A stretch of 64,000 bases of DNA from an uncultured Bacteroidales bacterium (GCA_902798965.1 CADBYS010000005.1:23640-87639); one strand, 5' to 3'. Positions 31,571 to 42,082 are shown, counted from the stretch's first letter. Program-made: numbers and translations. The notes: a model not told the origin generated them from the sequence alone.

Positions 31571-32914
31571 TTATTGCTCACCGCGGGCACGGGCGGCAAC
31601 GGCACGAGCTTCCTCCTTGGTGATGGCTTTCTGCTGGTCGTTAAGCACAGGAATCTGCAGTTTAACGGAAGGCAGAATCACGTTAGGATCGGGAGCTACG
31701 TTTTTGTTTGCCAACCAGATATATACCCAGCAGAAGGTATTGCGGTAGTACTTACGTGCCAACTGGCTGAGCGACTGACCTTCCACAACGGTCGGTTGAG
31801 CTTTCGGTTCCCAATCTTCCTGAAGTTTCAGTTCCTCGTGACGCTCTTCGGGCAGAATCATGATCTCACCCGGAGCGAGTTTCGGTTGCTCCTCTTTGAC
31901 AGCAGGTGTTGATGATACTGCCGAAAGAGAAGTTACTTGCTCACGCTTGTCCGTCATCACAACAGTGTCACGATGGATAATAACCAGTGTATCCTTGTGA
32001 TAAACCACAACGGTATCGATGCGATGCTCGTAGATATGCATCTCCTCGGGGTGCGACTCGTAGTACTTCGTTTCCAGAACCTCGTACGAAGAAACGTTTT
32101 TCACGTGGTTCTTCTCCGTTGCGTTGATCTTCCAGCGGAGTACCAACTCGGCATTGTACATACCATCGTTACGCTTGTTCACCGAGTTCTTTCTGTAGCG
32201 GTTATCTACATAATCGCTCATAAAGATATCGTATTGCATGCGCAAACCTAATGCCAACTCACGCGAAACGTTGAACTCGGTTGATACACCGAACGGGATA
32301 TAAGCCACCGTCTCCAACTTGGAGCCATGCACATTCGGATCGGTGAGGTCGTCCTCTTGATACTGCTGGCTGTCGCCGCCAGTTTCCGCATCACGGAATT
32401 GAACCTGATTCTTATACATGGTTACACCGATACCCGACCAAACGTTCAGGGCAAAGATGTCCGACACGGCTTTCGGGAACCAAGCATTCACCATATTAAA
32501 GGTCACGTACGCCTGCAAGCTATGCATCATGCTTTTGTACACAGGTTTGCCTTTTGCCAAGACGCCAGTACCATCCAGCGTTACGAACGCTTCGTCCTTG
32601 GTGGTTTTGATTTGCGGCATATCAAAGTGATAGCCCGCACCCAGACCCCAAACAGGACTGAAGTTGTATTCCAACGCCAAACCTCCGCCATAACCGAGGT
32701 TCATGAAACGTCCCATCGGGAAGTCTCCGTTAAAAACGCTCACGCCGCCATTGAACACGAGTGAGAATGCTGCGGTCGGTTTGGCCATGTTGGCCGTAGC
32801 TTTGAACGGGTGGACGCCCATAGTAGTCGTATCAACTTCTGCAGGCTCTTGTGCCATCATTGTACCGAACATACCACAAAGGGCAATTGCTAATACTAAA
32901 AATTTTGCTCGCAT
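31571..32914 (-). CDS. Outer-membrane beta-barrel protein with C-terminal LysM-like peptidoglycan-binding domain
   Basis: 447 aa with a signal peptide. N-terminal ~260 aa show alternating beta-strand/aromatic-girdle patterns (GGGLALEYNFSPVWGLGAGYHF.., AELVLRWKI). C-terminus VVEGQSLSQLARKYYRNTFCWVYIWLANKNV..LPSVKLQIPVL is LysM-like. Confidence 0.7.
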   Translation of the reverse strand: MRAKFLVLAIALCGMFGTMMAQEPAEVDTTTMGVHPFKATANMAKPTAAFSLVFNGGVSVFNGDFPMGRFMNLGYGGGLALEYNFSPVWGLGAGYHFDMPQIKTTKDEAFVTLDGTGVLAKGKPVYKSMMHSLQAYVTFNMVNAWFPKAVSDIFALNVWSGIGVTMYKNQVQFRDAETGGDSQQYQEDDLTDPNVHGSKLETVAYIPFGVSTEFNVSRELALGLRMQYDIFMSDYVDNRYRKNSVNKRNDGMYNAELVLRWKINATEKNHVKNVSSYEVLETKYYESHPEEMHIYEHRIDTVVVYHKDTLVIIHRDTVVMTDKREQVTSLSAVSSTPAVKEEQPKLAPGEIMILPEERHEELKLQEDWEPKAQPTVVEGQSLSQLARKYYRNTFCWVYIWLANKNVAPDPNVILPSVKLQIPVLNDQQKAITKEEARAVAARARGEQ

Positions 32915-33103
32915 AACACTATATTAAGTTGCAATTTTTCACAAATCGGCTGCAAAGATAACACTTTTTTTTGAAATATGCAAGAAAAATTAAAAAAAAA
33001 TGCAAAAAATGTAAAAAAAAATGCAAAATACTTGCATATTTGCATATTTATTTGTAACTTTGTAGTAAATTTTCAACAATTGCAACAAAAAATCACCAAA
33101 AAT

Positions 33104-34102
33104 ATGGATATACTGAAATCAATGTACGAGCGTGCGAAGAATCATCCGCAGCGCATCGTGTTGCCGGAAGGCGACGAGCCTCGCACCTTAGAGGCAGCTA
33201 ACATCATTCTGGAACAAGGCTTAGCCAAGCTTACTCTGATCGGCAATCCGGAAGTCATCCGTAAGATGGCTGCAGAGAAAGGTTATGCCCATATCGACAA
33301 AGCCACCATCTTCGATCCCGCAACTGATCCGAAGATGGGCGAGTACGCGAACCTGTTGTACGAACTGCGCAAAGCCAAAGGCATGACAGAGGAGGAGGCC
33401 AAGAAGAAAGCCCAAGACCCTCTGTATTTGGGTTGCCTTATGATCAAAGCCGGTGATGCCGACGGCGAGTTGGCCGGTGCACGCGGCACGACGGCCGATA
33501 CGATCCGCCCCGCATTCCAGATCCTGAAGACCAAACCGGGTTGCAAGATTGTATCCGGCGCATTCCTGATGTTCACCCCCGCCAAGCATCTTGGCGAGGA
33601 TGGTTTCCTGTTGTTTGCCGACTGTGCGGTTAACCCCAACCCGAGTGCTGAGGAACTGGCACAGATTGCCGTATCGACCGCAGAGACAGCCCGCACGATT
33701 GCAGGCATCGAGCCGAGAGTGGCAATGTTGTCATTCTCGACCAAGGGTTCGGCCAAGCACGAGAATGTGGATAAGGTAACTGCCGCTTTGGCTATGGCGC
33801 ACGAGTTGGCACCCGAGCTGGAGATTGACGGCGAGTTGCAAGCCGACGCAGCATTGATCCCGAGCGTAGGCGAGAAGAAAGCTCCGGGCAGCAAGGTAGC
33901 AGGTCACGCTAATGTGCTCGTGTTCCCTGACCTGCAGGCCGGCAACATCGGTTACAAACTGGTAGAGCGCTTCTCGGGCGCTGATGCTGTTGGACCAATT
34001 CTGCAAGGCATAGCTGCTCCGGTGAACGACCTGAGCCGCGGCTGCAAGGTGCAAGACATCGTGCAGATGGTAGTTATCACGGCTAATCAGGCGATTAAAT
34101 AG
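33104..34102 (+). CDS. pta: Phosphate acetyltransferase
   Basis: 332 aa starting MDILKSMYERAKNHPQRIVLPEGDEPRTLEAA; ..ANVLVFPDLQAGNIGYKLVERF..PVNDLSRGC. The ORF track start at 32978 runs across the promoter (TAACTTTG at 33055-33062). Confidence 0.95.
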   Translation: MDILKSMYERAKNHPQRIVLPEGDEPRTLEAANIILEQGLAKLTLIGNPEVIRKMAAEKGYAHIDKATIFDPATDPKMGEYANLLYELRKAKGMTEEEAKKKAQDPLYLGCLMIKAGDADGELAGARGTTADTIRPAFQILKTKPGCKIVSGAFLMFTPAKHLGEDGFLLFADCAVNPNPSAEELAQIAVSTAETARTIAGIEPRVAMLSFSTKGSAKHENVDKVTAALAMAHELAPELEIDGELQADAALIPSVGEKKAPGSKVAGHANVLVFPDLQAGNIGYKLVERFSGADAVGPILQGIAAPVNDLSRGCKVQDIVQMVVITANQAIK

Positions 34103-34206
34103 ACCGCTACGCTCAAAGAGAAAAGACCGTTTCACTCAAAGACAAAAGAGTGAACGGCCTTTCGACTAAACAAGAATAATTAATCATTAAAATACAATAA
34201 ATATCC

Positions 34207-35403
34207 ATGAAAATCTTAGTTTTGAATTGTGGCAGTTCGTCTATCAAGTATGCATTGTACAACATGGACGACAAGAGTGTTATGACCTCCGGCGGCGCAG
34301 AGCGCGTAGGTTTGGACGGTGCGTTCGTAAAAGTGAAACTCGCTAACGGCGAGAAGAAACAGATCATGCACGATATGCCCGAACATACCGAGGGTGTGAA
34401 GTTCATCTTCTCGCTGCTGACCGACCCTGAGATAGGTGTGATCAAGAGTCTGAAGGAGATTGACGCAGTAGGTCACCGAATGGTGCACGGCGGCGAGAAG
34501 TTCGCCAAGTCGGTAGTCATCACTCCGGAGGTTATCAAGGCCTTTGAGGAGGTGAGCGATCTGGCTCCGCTGCACAACCCCGCTAACCTGAAAGGTATAC
34601 GTGCCGTTGAGGAGTTGATGCCGGGTCTGCCGCAGGTCGGCGTGTTCGACACCGCCTTCCACCAAACGATGCCCGCCTACAGCTATATGTACGCTCTGCC
34701 GTACGAGGTATATGAGAAGTTCGCCGTTCGCCGTTACGGATTCCACGGCACGAGCCATCGCTACGTGAGCACGCGTGTGTGCGAATTTTTAGGTGTACCG
34801 TACGAGAAACAGCGCATCATCACCTGCCATATCGGTAACGGAGGTTCGCTGGCAGCCGTTAAGGACGGCAAGTGCATGGACACGACGATGGGTCTCACTC
34901 CGCTGGAAGGTATCATGATGGGTACGCGCAGCGGTGACGTGGATGGCGGCGCTGTAACGTTCTTGCAGAAAAAACTCGGTCTGAATCCTGACGAGATGTC
35001 CGACCTGCTGAACAAGAAATCCGGTGTAGCGGGCGTTTCGGGCGTAGGCTCCGATATGCGTGACCTGGAGGCAGCAGTAGCAGCCGGCAACGAGCGTGCC
35101 AAACTGGCAACGGATATGTACAACTACAAGATCAAGAAATACGTCGGCGCCTTTGCCGCAGCTATGGGCGGTGTGGATATCATCGTATTCACAGCAGGTG
35201 TAGGCGAGAACCAAGCCTCGATGCGTGCCGCCGTTTGCCGCGACATGGAGTTCATGGGCGTGAAGGTTGATGAGGCGCTGAATGCTACGATCCGTGGCAA
35301 GGAAGCCGTGATCTCTACTCCTGACTCGAAAGTTAAGGTTGTAGTTATCCCGACCGACGAAGAGCTGATGATTGCAAGTGATACAGCTGCATTGGTTAAA
35401 TAA
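34207..35403 (+). CDS. ackA: Acetate kinase
   Basis: 398 aa: MKILVLNCGSSSIKY, VGHRMVHGG, FDTAFHQTMP, RRYGFHGTSH and the EELMIA motif. Confidence 0.97.
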   Translation: MKILVLNCGSSSIKYALYNMDDKSVMTSGGAERVGLDGAFVKVKLANGEKKQIMHDMPEHTEGVKFIFSLLTDPEIGVIKSLKEIDAVGHRMVHGGEKFAKSVVITPEVIKAFEEVSDLAPLHNPANLKGIRAVEELMPGLPQVGVFDTAFHQTMPAYSYMYALPYEVYEKFAVRRYGFHGTSHRYVSTRVCEFLGVPYEKQRIITCHIGNGGSLAAVKDGKCMDTTMGLTPLEGIMMGTRSGDVDGGAVTFLQKKLGLNPDEMSDLLNKKSGVAGVSGVGSDMRDLEAAVAAGNERAKLATDMYNYKIKKYVGAFAAAMGGVDIIVFTAGVGENQASMRAAVCRDMEFMGVKVDEALNATIRGKEAVISTPDSKVKVVVIPTDEELMIASDTAALVK

Positions 35404-35491
35404 CGCGTATTTATATATGCGACGTTATTAGCGCGTAACTTAATACGCGTTGTTATCAATTTGCAGTTATTAACATTATCACTTTGTATTC

Positions 35492-37129
35492 ATGAGTAAA
35501 ATAATCATTTATCAATGTTTTCCGCGTTGGTTCACCAACTACGTTACCGCGCGTGTGCCTCAGGCAGACAAGAGCGTTAACGGCTGCGGAACATTTGCAG
35601 GCATCAATACCAAAGCCTTGAAGGCAATACAGGAGCTTGGCGCGACGCACGTCTGGTACACAGGCGTGCTACGCCACGCAACTGCGGAGCATAACACTCC
35701 GGCCATCACCAAAGGCAAGGCGGGTAGTCCGTACTCCATAACCGACTACTACGATGTTGATCCCGATTTGGCAGTTCACGAGCAGAAACGAATGGAAGAG
35801 TTCGAGGCACTCGTAGCCCGCACGCACAAGGCCGGCATGAAGGTCATTATTGACTTTGTGCCCAACCATGTGTCGCGCGAGTACAAGTCTGCCTGTCGTC
35901 CGGAAGGTGTAGAGGATTTAGGCGAACATGATCATAGCGAGTGGGCATTCTCGCCGCTGAACAACTTCTATTATATTCCGGGCGAGGAGTTCAGGCCGTC
36001 GTTTGACATAGGGGATTACCATGAGTACCCTGCCAAGGTGACCGGCAACGATTGCTTCAGCGCTCATCCGTCGGTTAACGACTGGTACGAGACGGTGAAG
36101 CTCAACTACGGTGTGCACTATATGGGCGGCTGCGAGAAGCAGTTCAACCCCATCCCCGACACATGGCGGAAGATGAGCGACATTCTACTGTTCTGGGCAG
36201 GGAAAGGCATCGATGCTTTCCGCGTGGATATGGCGCACATGGTGCCCGTAGAGTTCTTCGATTGGGCGATCCACCGCGTTAGAGCCGTGTTCCCGAACGT
36301 GCAGTTCATCGCCGAGATCTATGATCCGGGATTGTACCGCCCGTATCTGAAGGCAGGTTTCGACTTCCTGTACGACAAGGTAGGCATGTACGATTACCTG
36401 CGTGCCGTGACCAGCCGCAACTACAGTGCCGAAGGTATCAGTCACCAGTGGCAAGCCGTGGACGACATACGCGAACATATGTTGTACTTCCTGGAGAACC
36501 ACGACGAGCAACGCATCGCCTCGGGCTTTTTCTGCGGCAGCGGAAGAGCCGCCGAGCCGTCGATGATTGTAGCCGCCACGTTGGGTACGAACCCCGTAAT
36601 GATCTACTCAGGACAGGAGGTTGGCGAGAAAGGCATGGATGTTGAAGGCTTCTCGGGCATGGACGGTCGCACCACGATCTTCGACTACTGGGGCGTGAAG
36701 AGCATTCAGGCCTGGGCGAACAAAGGTAAGTTCGACGGTGCGGGACTGGACGACGAGCAACGTGACTTGCGGGCATTTTACTGCAAACTGCTGCAGATTG
36801 CCAAGACCAGCCCGGCTATCAACGAAGGTAAGATGTACGACTTGGAGTACGCTCAGGGCGAAGGCTTCAACCGCCACAAGCAATATGCGTTCCTGCGCAA
36901 GCACGGCAAGCAGACGTTGCTCATCGTTGTCAACTTCGACGACAAAGAGGTGGATGTGCCTGTGACAATCCCCGCTGACGCATTCATCTACCTGCAGATG
37001 GACGAGAAACTGAGCGTTCACGCTATTGATCTGCTTTCCGGTCGTACGATCGACGAGCCGCTGATGACCAGCACACCAATGCACGTGACATTGCCCGCGT
37101 GGACAGGAGCTATTCTGCAGATCCATTAA
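35492..37129 (+). CDS. Cytoplasmic alpha-amylase-family (GH13) glycosidase
   Basis: 545 aa with no signal peptide. GH13 conserved regions DFVPNHVS, GIDAFRVDMAHMV, FIAEIYD and FLENHDEQR. Confidence 0.9.
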   Translation: MSKIIIYQCFPRWFTNYVTARVPQADKSVNGCGTFAGINTKALKAIQELGATHVWYTGVLRHATAEHNTPAITKGKAGSPYSITDYYDVDPDLAVHEQKRMEEFEALVARTHKAGMKVIIDFVPNHVSREYKSACRPEGVEDLGEHDHSEWAFSPLNNFYYIPGEEFRPSFDIGDYHEYPAKVTGNDCFSAHPSVNDWYETVKLNYGVHYMGGCEKQFNPIPDTWRKMSDILLFWAGKGIDAFRVDMAHMVPVEFFDWAIHRVRAVFPNVQFIAEIYDPGLYRPYLKAGFDFLYDKVGMYDYLRAVTSRNYSAEGISHQWQAVDDIREHMLYFLENHDEQRIASGFFCGSGRAAEPSMIVAATLGTNPVMIYSGQEVGEKGMDVEGFSGMDGRTTIFDYWGVKSIQAWANKGKFDGAGLDDEQRDLRAFYCKLLQIAKTSPAINEGKMYDLEYAQGEGFNRHKQYAFLRKHGKQTLLIVVNFDDKEVDVPVTIPADAFIYLQMDEKLSVHAIDLLSGRTIDEPLMTSTPMHVTLPAWTGAILQIH

Positions 37130-37166
37130 TATCCGGCAGTCAAGGTGACTGCCATATAACACAGAT

Positions 37167-38129
37167 ATGGAAAAATTCAGAGATTTCTTAACGCTCGTAC
37201 GTTGGCAGAACGTGCTGATGATTGCTGTTACAGTGTACGTCATGGAGAAATGGGTGGCAACACCCATTCTCTGTGCGGCGTACTTCGGCGAACAGCTGCC
37301 GTGGTATGTACTGCTGCTGATGACCATGGCTTGCTGCCTGATTGCTGCCGGCGGCTATGTTATCAACGATTACTTCGATGTAAAGATCGATGCCATCAAC
37401 CGCCCCGACCGCCTTATTGTCACGCGTTCGGTAAGCAAGCAACAGGCCATGCAGCTATTTCAGATGTTGACGGCTTTGGGTCTGCTGTGCGGCATAGCGA
37501 CCGCCTGGCTGGTGAGGAGCTGGATACTGGGCGTTGTGTTCGTGTTTGTACCGGGATTGTTGTGGTTCTACTCAGCCTCGTACAAGCGCCTGCTGCTCAT
37601 CGGCAATCTGACGATTGCCCTGGTAACCGCGCTTACGCCGCTGATTGTAGCGATGGCGAATGTGGCTTACCTGAAACACCTATACAGCAATATGCGCGGA
37701 CATATCAACGTGCTTGACTACACTACCCTGCCCCATGATATCTATCTCTGGCTCGGAGGCTTTGCGGCGTTTGCTTTTATCGGCACACTTATTCGCGAGA
37801 TCATCAAGGATATGGAAGACCAACAAGGCGATCGCGAACTGGAGTGTCATTCTTTGCCTGTGGTGTTTGGCGATACGGCGACGAAGGTTATCGTCACCTT
37901 GCTCATCCTTGCCATGGCCGCAGCCATCGTGTGGCTTGCATGGTGGGTTATTCCCTCGCCGATGACCGGCAGATACGCCATCTTCGGTCTGCTTATCCCG
38001 CTGATTTGCGTGCTATACCTGCTATGGAAAGCAAGTATCCCTTCTGATTACCGCACCACGCAACGCGTGATGAAGTTTGTGCTGTTTATGGGTGTGATGT
38101 TTAGTTTTGTTGTAACGCGACTATTATGA
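37167..38129 (+). CDS. UbiA-family aromatic/isoprenoid prenyltransferase (integral membrane)
   Basis: 320 aa with about 8-9 TM segments. First Asp-rich motif YVINDYFDVKIDAINRPDR; second motif IKDMEDQQGD. Confidence 0.88.
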   Translation: MEKFRDFLTLVRWQNVLMIAVTVYVMEKWVATPILCAAYFGEQLPWYVLLLMTMACCLIAAGGYVINDYFDVKIDAINRPDRLIVTRSVSKQQAMQLFQMLTALGLLCGIATAWLVRSWILGVVFVFVPGLLWFYSASYKRLLLIGNLTIALVTALTPLIVAMANVAYLKHLYSNMRGHINVLDYTTLPHDIYLWLGGFAAFAFIGTLIREIIKDMEDQQGDRELECHSLPVVFGDTATKVIVTLLILAMAAAIVWLAWWVIPSPMTGRYAIFGLLIPLICVLYLLWKASIPSDYRTTQRVMKFVLFMGVMFSFVVTRLL

Positions 38130-38157
38130 ACGTCCGTTTTGTTGTAACACGATTGCT

Positions 38158-38745
38158 ATGAATATTATCTTAGGTTCGCAGTCACCTCGCCGCCGCGAAT
38201 TGCTGCGCGGCTTGGATATTGATCACTCGGAGGTAGTGATAGATGCCGATGAGTCGTATCCGAGCGAGTTACAAGGAGGCGATATACCTATGTATATATC
38301 GCGTGCGAAGGCGCAAGCGTACCTGCGCGCGCACGAGTTGAGTTCTGATGAGTTGCTCATCACGTCAGACACCATCGTTTGGTCGGCGGGTCGGGTGCTT
38401 GGCAAGCCGCACTCGGAGCAAGAGGCGTGCGGGATGCTTAAGAGCCTGAGCGACAAGACACATCAGGTGTTTACGGCAGTATGTTTTGCCGGCAGAAGGA
38501 ACGGTCAGCCGTTCATGGATTGTTTCGTGGATCGTGCCGACGTGACATTTCTGCCCTTGAGCGAAGCGGATATCACCTACTACGTGTCGCACTACCACCC
38601 GTTGGACAAGGCCGGAGCCTACGGAATACAGGAGTGGATAGGGTATATCGGTGTGAGCCAGATCAAAGGCTCATTCTTTACCGTTATGGGTTTTCCAACC
38701 CATATCGTTCACCAGTACATAAACAAGCTGAAAATGCTGAATTGA
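38158..38745 (+). CDS. maf: Maf-family nucleoside triphosphate pyrophosphatase
   Basis: 195 aa: ILGSQSPRRRELL, ..SDTIVW..GKP.., DKAGAYGIQE. Confidence 0.93.
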   Translation: MNIILGSQSPRRRELLRGLDIDHSEVVIDADESYPSELQGGDIPMYISRAKAQAYLRAHELSSDELLITSDTIVWSAGRVLGKPHSEQEACGMLKSLSDKTHQVFTAVCFAGRRNGQPFMDCFVDRADVTFLPLSEADITYYVSHYHPLDKAGAYGIQEWIGYIGVSQIKGSFFTVMGFPTHIVHQYINKLKMLN

Positions 38746-38781
38746 CCGCAAAATTCGGCTTAGAAATCGTCACATTTGAGG

Positions 38782-38916
38782 TATAGGCACAACATACTGG
38801 TAATCAGATAGATGAATGCATGAGGTTCCTATAAGGTTTCTATAAGCTTTCTATAAGCTTTATGGTTACCCATGTGGTTGATAGGCGGCGGGAAGGCGGC
38901 GGGCAGGATTAGAGAG
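38782..38916 (+). repeat. Dispersed ~135-bp intergenic repeat, copy 2 (partner at 10759-10890)
   Basis: It lies between the convergent maf and Omp85 genes and contains the same 11-bp phased aggttYctata units (38822-38865). Confidence 0.85.
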
Positions 38917-38942
38917 GAACGAACGATAGCTAAATACTTGTA

Positions 38943-41204
38943 TTAGAAGGGATAACCGATGGCGAAGTGGAAGGTCATATCGTCACGCCAGCAGAGTCCG
39001 TTCTTGACGGTTCGCCACTCGGCGCCATGCGTAGATCCACTCCAACGGCTGGGGTCGTAGAGTTTGACACCGAAGTCAATACGGAAGAGTAAGATATTGA
39101 AATCCAAACGCAAACCTGCGCCGTACGCCAAAGCTATCTGCTTGTAGAACTGATCCCACAGGAAGACACCTCCGGGTTGCGCCTCGTAGTCGTAGATTGT
39201 CCAGTTGTTGCCGGCATCGACGAAGGCTGCGAGTTCGATGATCGACCACACGCGCCAACGGTATTCGATATTGAGGTCGAGGCGGATATCACCTACCTGG
39301 AGGTCGTAGCTGGAAAGATCATTGTTTCCACGGAATATTCCGGGACCTAAGGTTCGTGCCTGCCAACCGCGCACGCTATTGGAACCTCCGGAGAAAAAGC
39401 GTTTCTCGAAAGGCACAGACTTGGAGTTGAGATAAGGCACGGCGACACCAAAGCCGGCATGGAAGACGAGCCTGTGTTTGGGCGCAAGCAGCTGATTATA
39501 TGAGAAGTTGAGGTCTGCGCGGGCATATTGCGAAAAAGGAACCTTAACGATGGAATAGACACCATCTTCATCCTTTTTGACATTAAAGGCGCTGCAAATG
39601 CCGTATAACAGGTTGCCAGCCGTTTCGAGTCGGTAACCGAAGTTGACGAAACTCTGTTCAGTTGTGTTGGCACGTTTGCCGGAGTAACTGCCCGAAACGC
39701 CCCAACCTCCGATCAGGTGGTCTTGGTAGCTGTATTTGAGGATGGACGAACGGCTAAGAATCTCATCGCGGAACCGGTCGGAGACGTACGGCATATATAT
39801 ATAACTGATATCGAGCACGTTGAATGTATGCGTCCAACGACTATGCGGCTTATGTAAATTGTAGTACAGACCGGCGTTGAAAATCATTCGCGTGAACTCT
39901 TCGGGACGTTGCTGGTAGGAGAACATGAGGTTGGTTCGCCAGTTGGACGGGAACTTTAATCCTACTTCCCCGCGCGTTTCGATGGCTCGACCTCCGTTGA
40001 GTCGCCACTCGTAGAGTGCGCTACCGCTGACCTGCAGTTCCTCCGCTCCGCGGAAGATGTTGCGGTTGGTATAAGTCAGTTTTCCATCAATACCCCAAGC
40101 ATCACCGGAGTAGGTTCCTTCCAGTTCGGCACTGACGCTGTTCATCTTATTGCGGCTAATAAAGATGTGACACACCAGACTGTCGTTGGAAACAAGTTCG
40201 AAATGGATGTCGGTGTACTTGATAGGTCCGAGTCCGTTGAGGTTGGCGTAGGTGTTCGTGACCGCTCTTTCGCGGTAGAGGCCACCGGGTTTGATTTCGC
40301 ATTGACGGATAAGTACATTTTCGCGCAACAGCTGCCTTCCGCGCCAACTGAAACAGAAGTTGTCGTGTTCGCTGTAATGCAGCACCGTATCGGAGATATC
40401 CTCCGCTTGAGTCATATCCATATAGAAACACACGCGTGCAATCGAATACTGACGGAAGATAAGATTGCGCACGGAATCCGGCTGTGATGTAAGGAACTCG
40501 CTCAAGTGAAGGCGCAGATCAATCTCGCGGTTGTAGGTACTATCGGCCTCGTAGTGCAAGAACTCCTTATCAAAGAAGTAGTAACCCCGGTTTCGCATCC
40601 TTTTGGTTATTCGGTCACGTTCGTCGTCGAGCGCCTGTGTGGAGTAGCGCATTCCGGGTTCGATGAGTTTGCGCCGTGTGGTAACAGCCATCTCGCGCAA
40701 AGTAGGATGCTCGAGGTCGATGTTATAGTTGCGAATCTTATATTCCTCGCCGGCATGAACATAGTAGTTCAGCCACACTTTGCGGTCTTTGACGATGGTG
40801 GACGTATCGACAGTAGCCCGGAAGAAACCTTCGTTTTGCATGGCTTTGCGTATCTGCGCGATACTTTGACCGGTTTGTTCGTCATCGTAGATCACCGGCG
40901 GTTCACCTACCTTGTGCGCATTGCCCGTAGCCCATTTGTCGTACTTGCTGACAGTATCAAGCGGGGCAGTATTGTAGAGGTCGAGTTGGAGCTTCCAGAA
41001 TCCGAGGATCTCGGTGTTCTGCGTCTGCCGCAAGTACCGCTTGAGGTCGGCAGGGGAAACGGCGTTGGTACCTTCGACATTGATATGGGTCTTAAACAGC
41101 AGTTTCTCGTTTTCGGGCACAAACTTGGTAGCATTGCACGAACAAAGAAGTATCCCCATGACGGATACCACGACAAAAATCATGTGTCGAACCACTCTAT
41201 TCAT
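38943..41204 (-). CDS. Omp85-family (BamA/TamA-like) outer-membrane protein with POTRA domains
   Basis: About 753 aa from the ATG at 41202-41204 (MNRVVRHMIFVVVSVMGILLCSC). The track's TTG at 41234 is unlikely given the -7 box at 41251-41258. The surface-antigen barrel ends ..MTFHFAIGYPF with the terminal Phe. Confidence 0.85.
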   Translation of the reverse strand: MNRVVRHMIFVVVSVMGILLCSCNATKFVPENEKLLFKTHINVEGTNAVSPADLKRYLRQTQNTEILGFWKLQLDLYNTAPLDTVSKYDKWATGNAHKVGEPPVIYDDEQTGQSIAQIRKAMQNEGFFRATVDTSTIVKDRKVWLNYYVHAGEEYKIRNYNIDLEHPTLREMAVTTRRKLIEPGMRYSTQALDDERDRITKRMRNRGYYFFDKEFLHYEADSTYNREIDLRLHLSEFLTSQPDSVRNLIFRQYSIARVCFYMDMTQAEDISDTVLHYSEHDNFCFSWRGRQLLRENVLIRQCEIKPGGLYRERAVTNTYANLNGLGPIKYTDIHFELVSNDSLVCHIFISRNKMNSVSAELEGTYSGDAWGIDGKLTYTNRNIFRGAEELQVSGSALYEWRLNGGRAIETRGEVGLKFPSNWRTNLMFSYQQRPEEFTRMIFNAGLYYNLHKPHSRWTHTFNVLDISYIYMPYVSDRFRDEILSRSSILKYSYQDHLIGGWGVSGSYSGKRANTTEQSFVNFGYRLETAGNLLYGICSAFNVKKDEDGVYSIVKVPFSQYARADLNFSYNQLLAPKHRLVFHAGFGVAVPYLNSKSVPFEKRFFSGGSNSVRGWQARTLGPGIFRGNNDLSSYDLQVGDIRLDLNIEYRWRVWSIIELAAFVDAGNNWTIYDYEAQPGGVFLWDQFYKQIALAYGAGLRLDFNILLFRIDFGVKLYDPSRWSGSTHGAEWRTVKNGLCWRDDMTFHFAIGYPF

Positions 41205-41250
41205 CGTGCTTTTGCAATGTTGATTTGGGTACAATGCACATTTCGGCCTA

Positions 41251-41282
41251 CAAAGTTACAAAATTATTTGCAATTTTGCAAA
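41251..41282 (-). promoter_or_regulatory. Promoter of the Omp85-family gene
   Basis: Reverse complement of 41251-41258 is TAACTTTG. Reverse complement of 41279-41282 is TTTG. The spacer is 20 nt. It interdigitates with the divergent promoter at 41267-41298. Confidence 0.6.
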
Positions 41283-41298
41283 TTTTTATGTATCTTTG
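41267..41298 (+). promoter_or_regulatory. Promoter of the TrmH-like methyltransferase gene
   Basis: TTTG at 41267-41270, 20-nt spacer, TATCTTTG at 41291-41298, ATG at 41348. Confidence 0.6.
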
Positions 41299-41347
41299 CA
41301 TCGTTTTTTTTCAAATAATTGACAAATACGTATTCAATACCCGAAAA

Positions 41348-42082
41348 ATGACCCATTTAGAGCAAAAACAAATTCGTTCGCTTCGGTTAAAGAAGTACCG
41401 TGACGAGTTAGGTCTGTTTGTAGCAGAAGGGGATAAGTGTATCGGTGAGTTGCTGAAGTCGTTTGAGTTGGTTCACCATCTCACGCCTGAGAATACTCCG
41501 CTGAAGGAGATTGAGCGTTTGTCGAGTCTGCAAACGCCTCAGGGCAGCATCGCTGTTTTTCGCAAGCCGGCTTACGCCAATGGATGGTCGGCAAGCGAGT
41601 TGCAGGCCGATTGCCTGTATCTGGCGCTTGACGATGTGCAAGATCCGGGCAATGTAGGCACGATTATTCGCACGGCTGACTGGTTTGGCGTGAAACATAT
41701 CCTATGCAGCGAGGGGACAGCCGACTGCTTTGCGCCGAAGGTGGTACAAGCCACGATGGGTGCGTTGGCTCGTGTGCAAGTACACTACCTGTCGAACGAA
41801 GATTTTTGTGCGCTGCTGCAGCAGTCTGCCAAAGCGGGAATACCTGTTTACGGAACGCTTCTGGACGGAGAGGATATCTACTCCGCAAACGCCATCGCCG
41901 ACAAGTCACGCGGAATAATCGTAATGGGCAATGAGGGCAAAGGGTTGTCGGCAGCCGTACGCAAGTGCGTGACACACCGTTTGCGCATCCCGTCCTACCC
42001 TGCCAACGAACCGACCTCGGAAAGTCTGAACGTAGCCATCGCTACCGCCGTTACTCTCGCCGAGTTCCGGAGAGAGGGATAA
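41348..42082 (+). CDS. SpoU/TrmH-family RNA 2'-O-methyltransferase
   Basis: 244 aa from MTHLEQKQIRSLRLKKYRDE. Motifs DDVQDPGNVGTIIRTADWFG, IVMGNEGKGLS and ESLNVAIATAV. The ORF track start at 41225 crosses the promoter. Confidence 0.88.
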   Translation: MTHLEQKQIRSLRLKKYRDELGLFVAEGDKCIGELLKSFELVHHLTPENTPLKEIERLSSLQTPQGSIAVFRKPAYANGWSASELQADCLYLALDDVQDPGNVGTIIRTADWFGVKHILCSEGTADCFAPKVVQATMGALARVQVHYLSNEDFCALLQQSAKAGIPVYGTLLDGEDIYSANAIADKSRGIIVMGNEGKGLSAAVRKCVTHRLRIPSYPANEPTSESLNVAIATAVTLAEFRREG

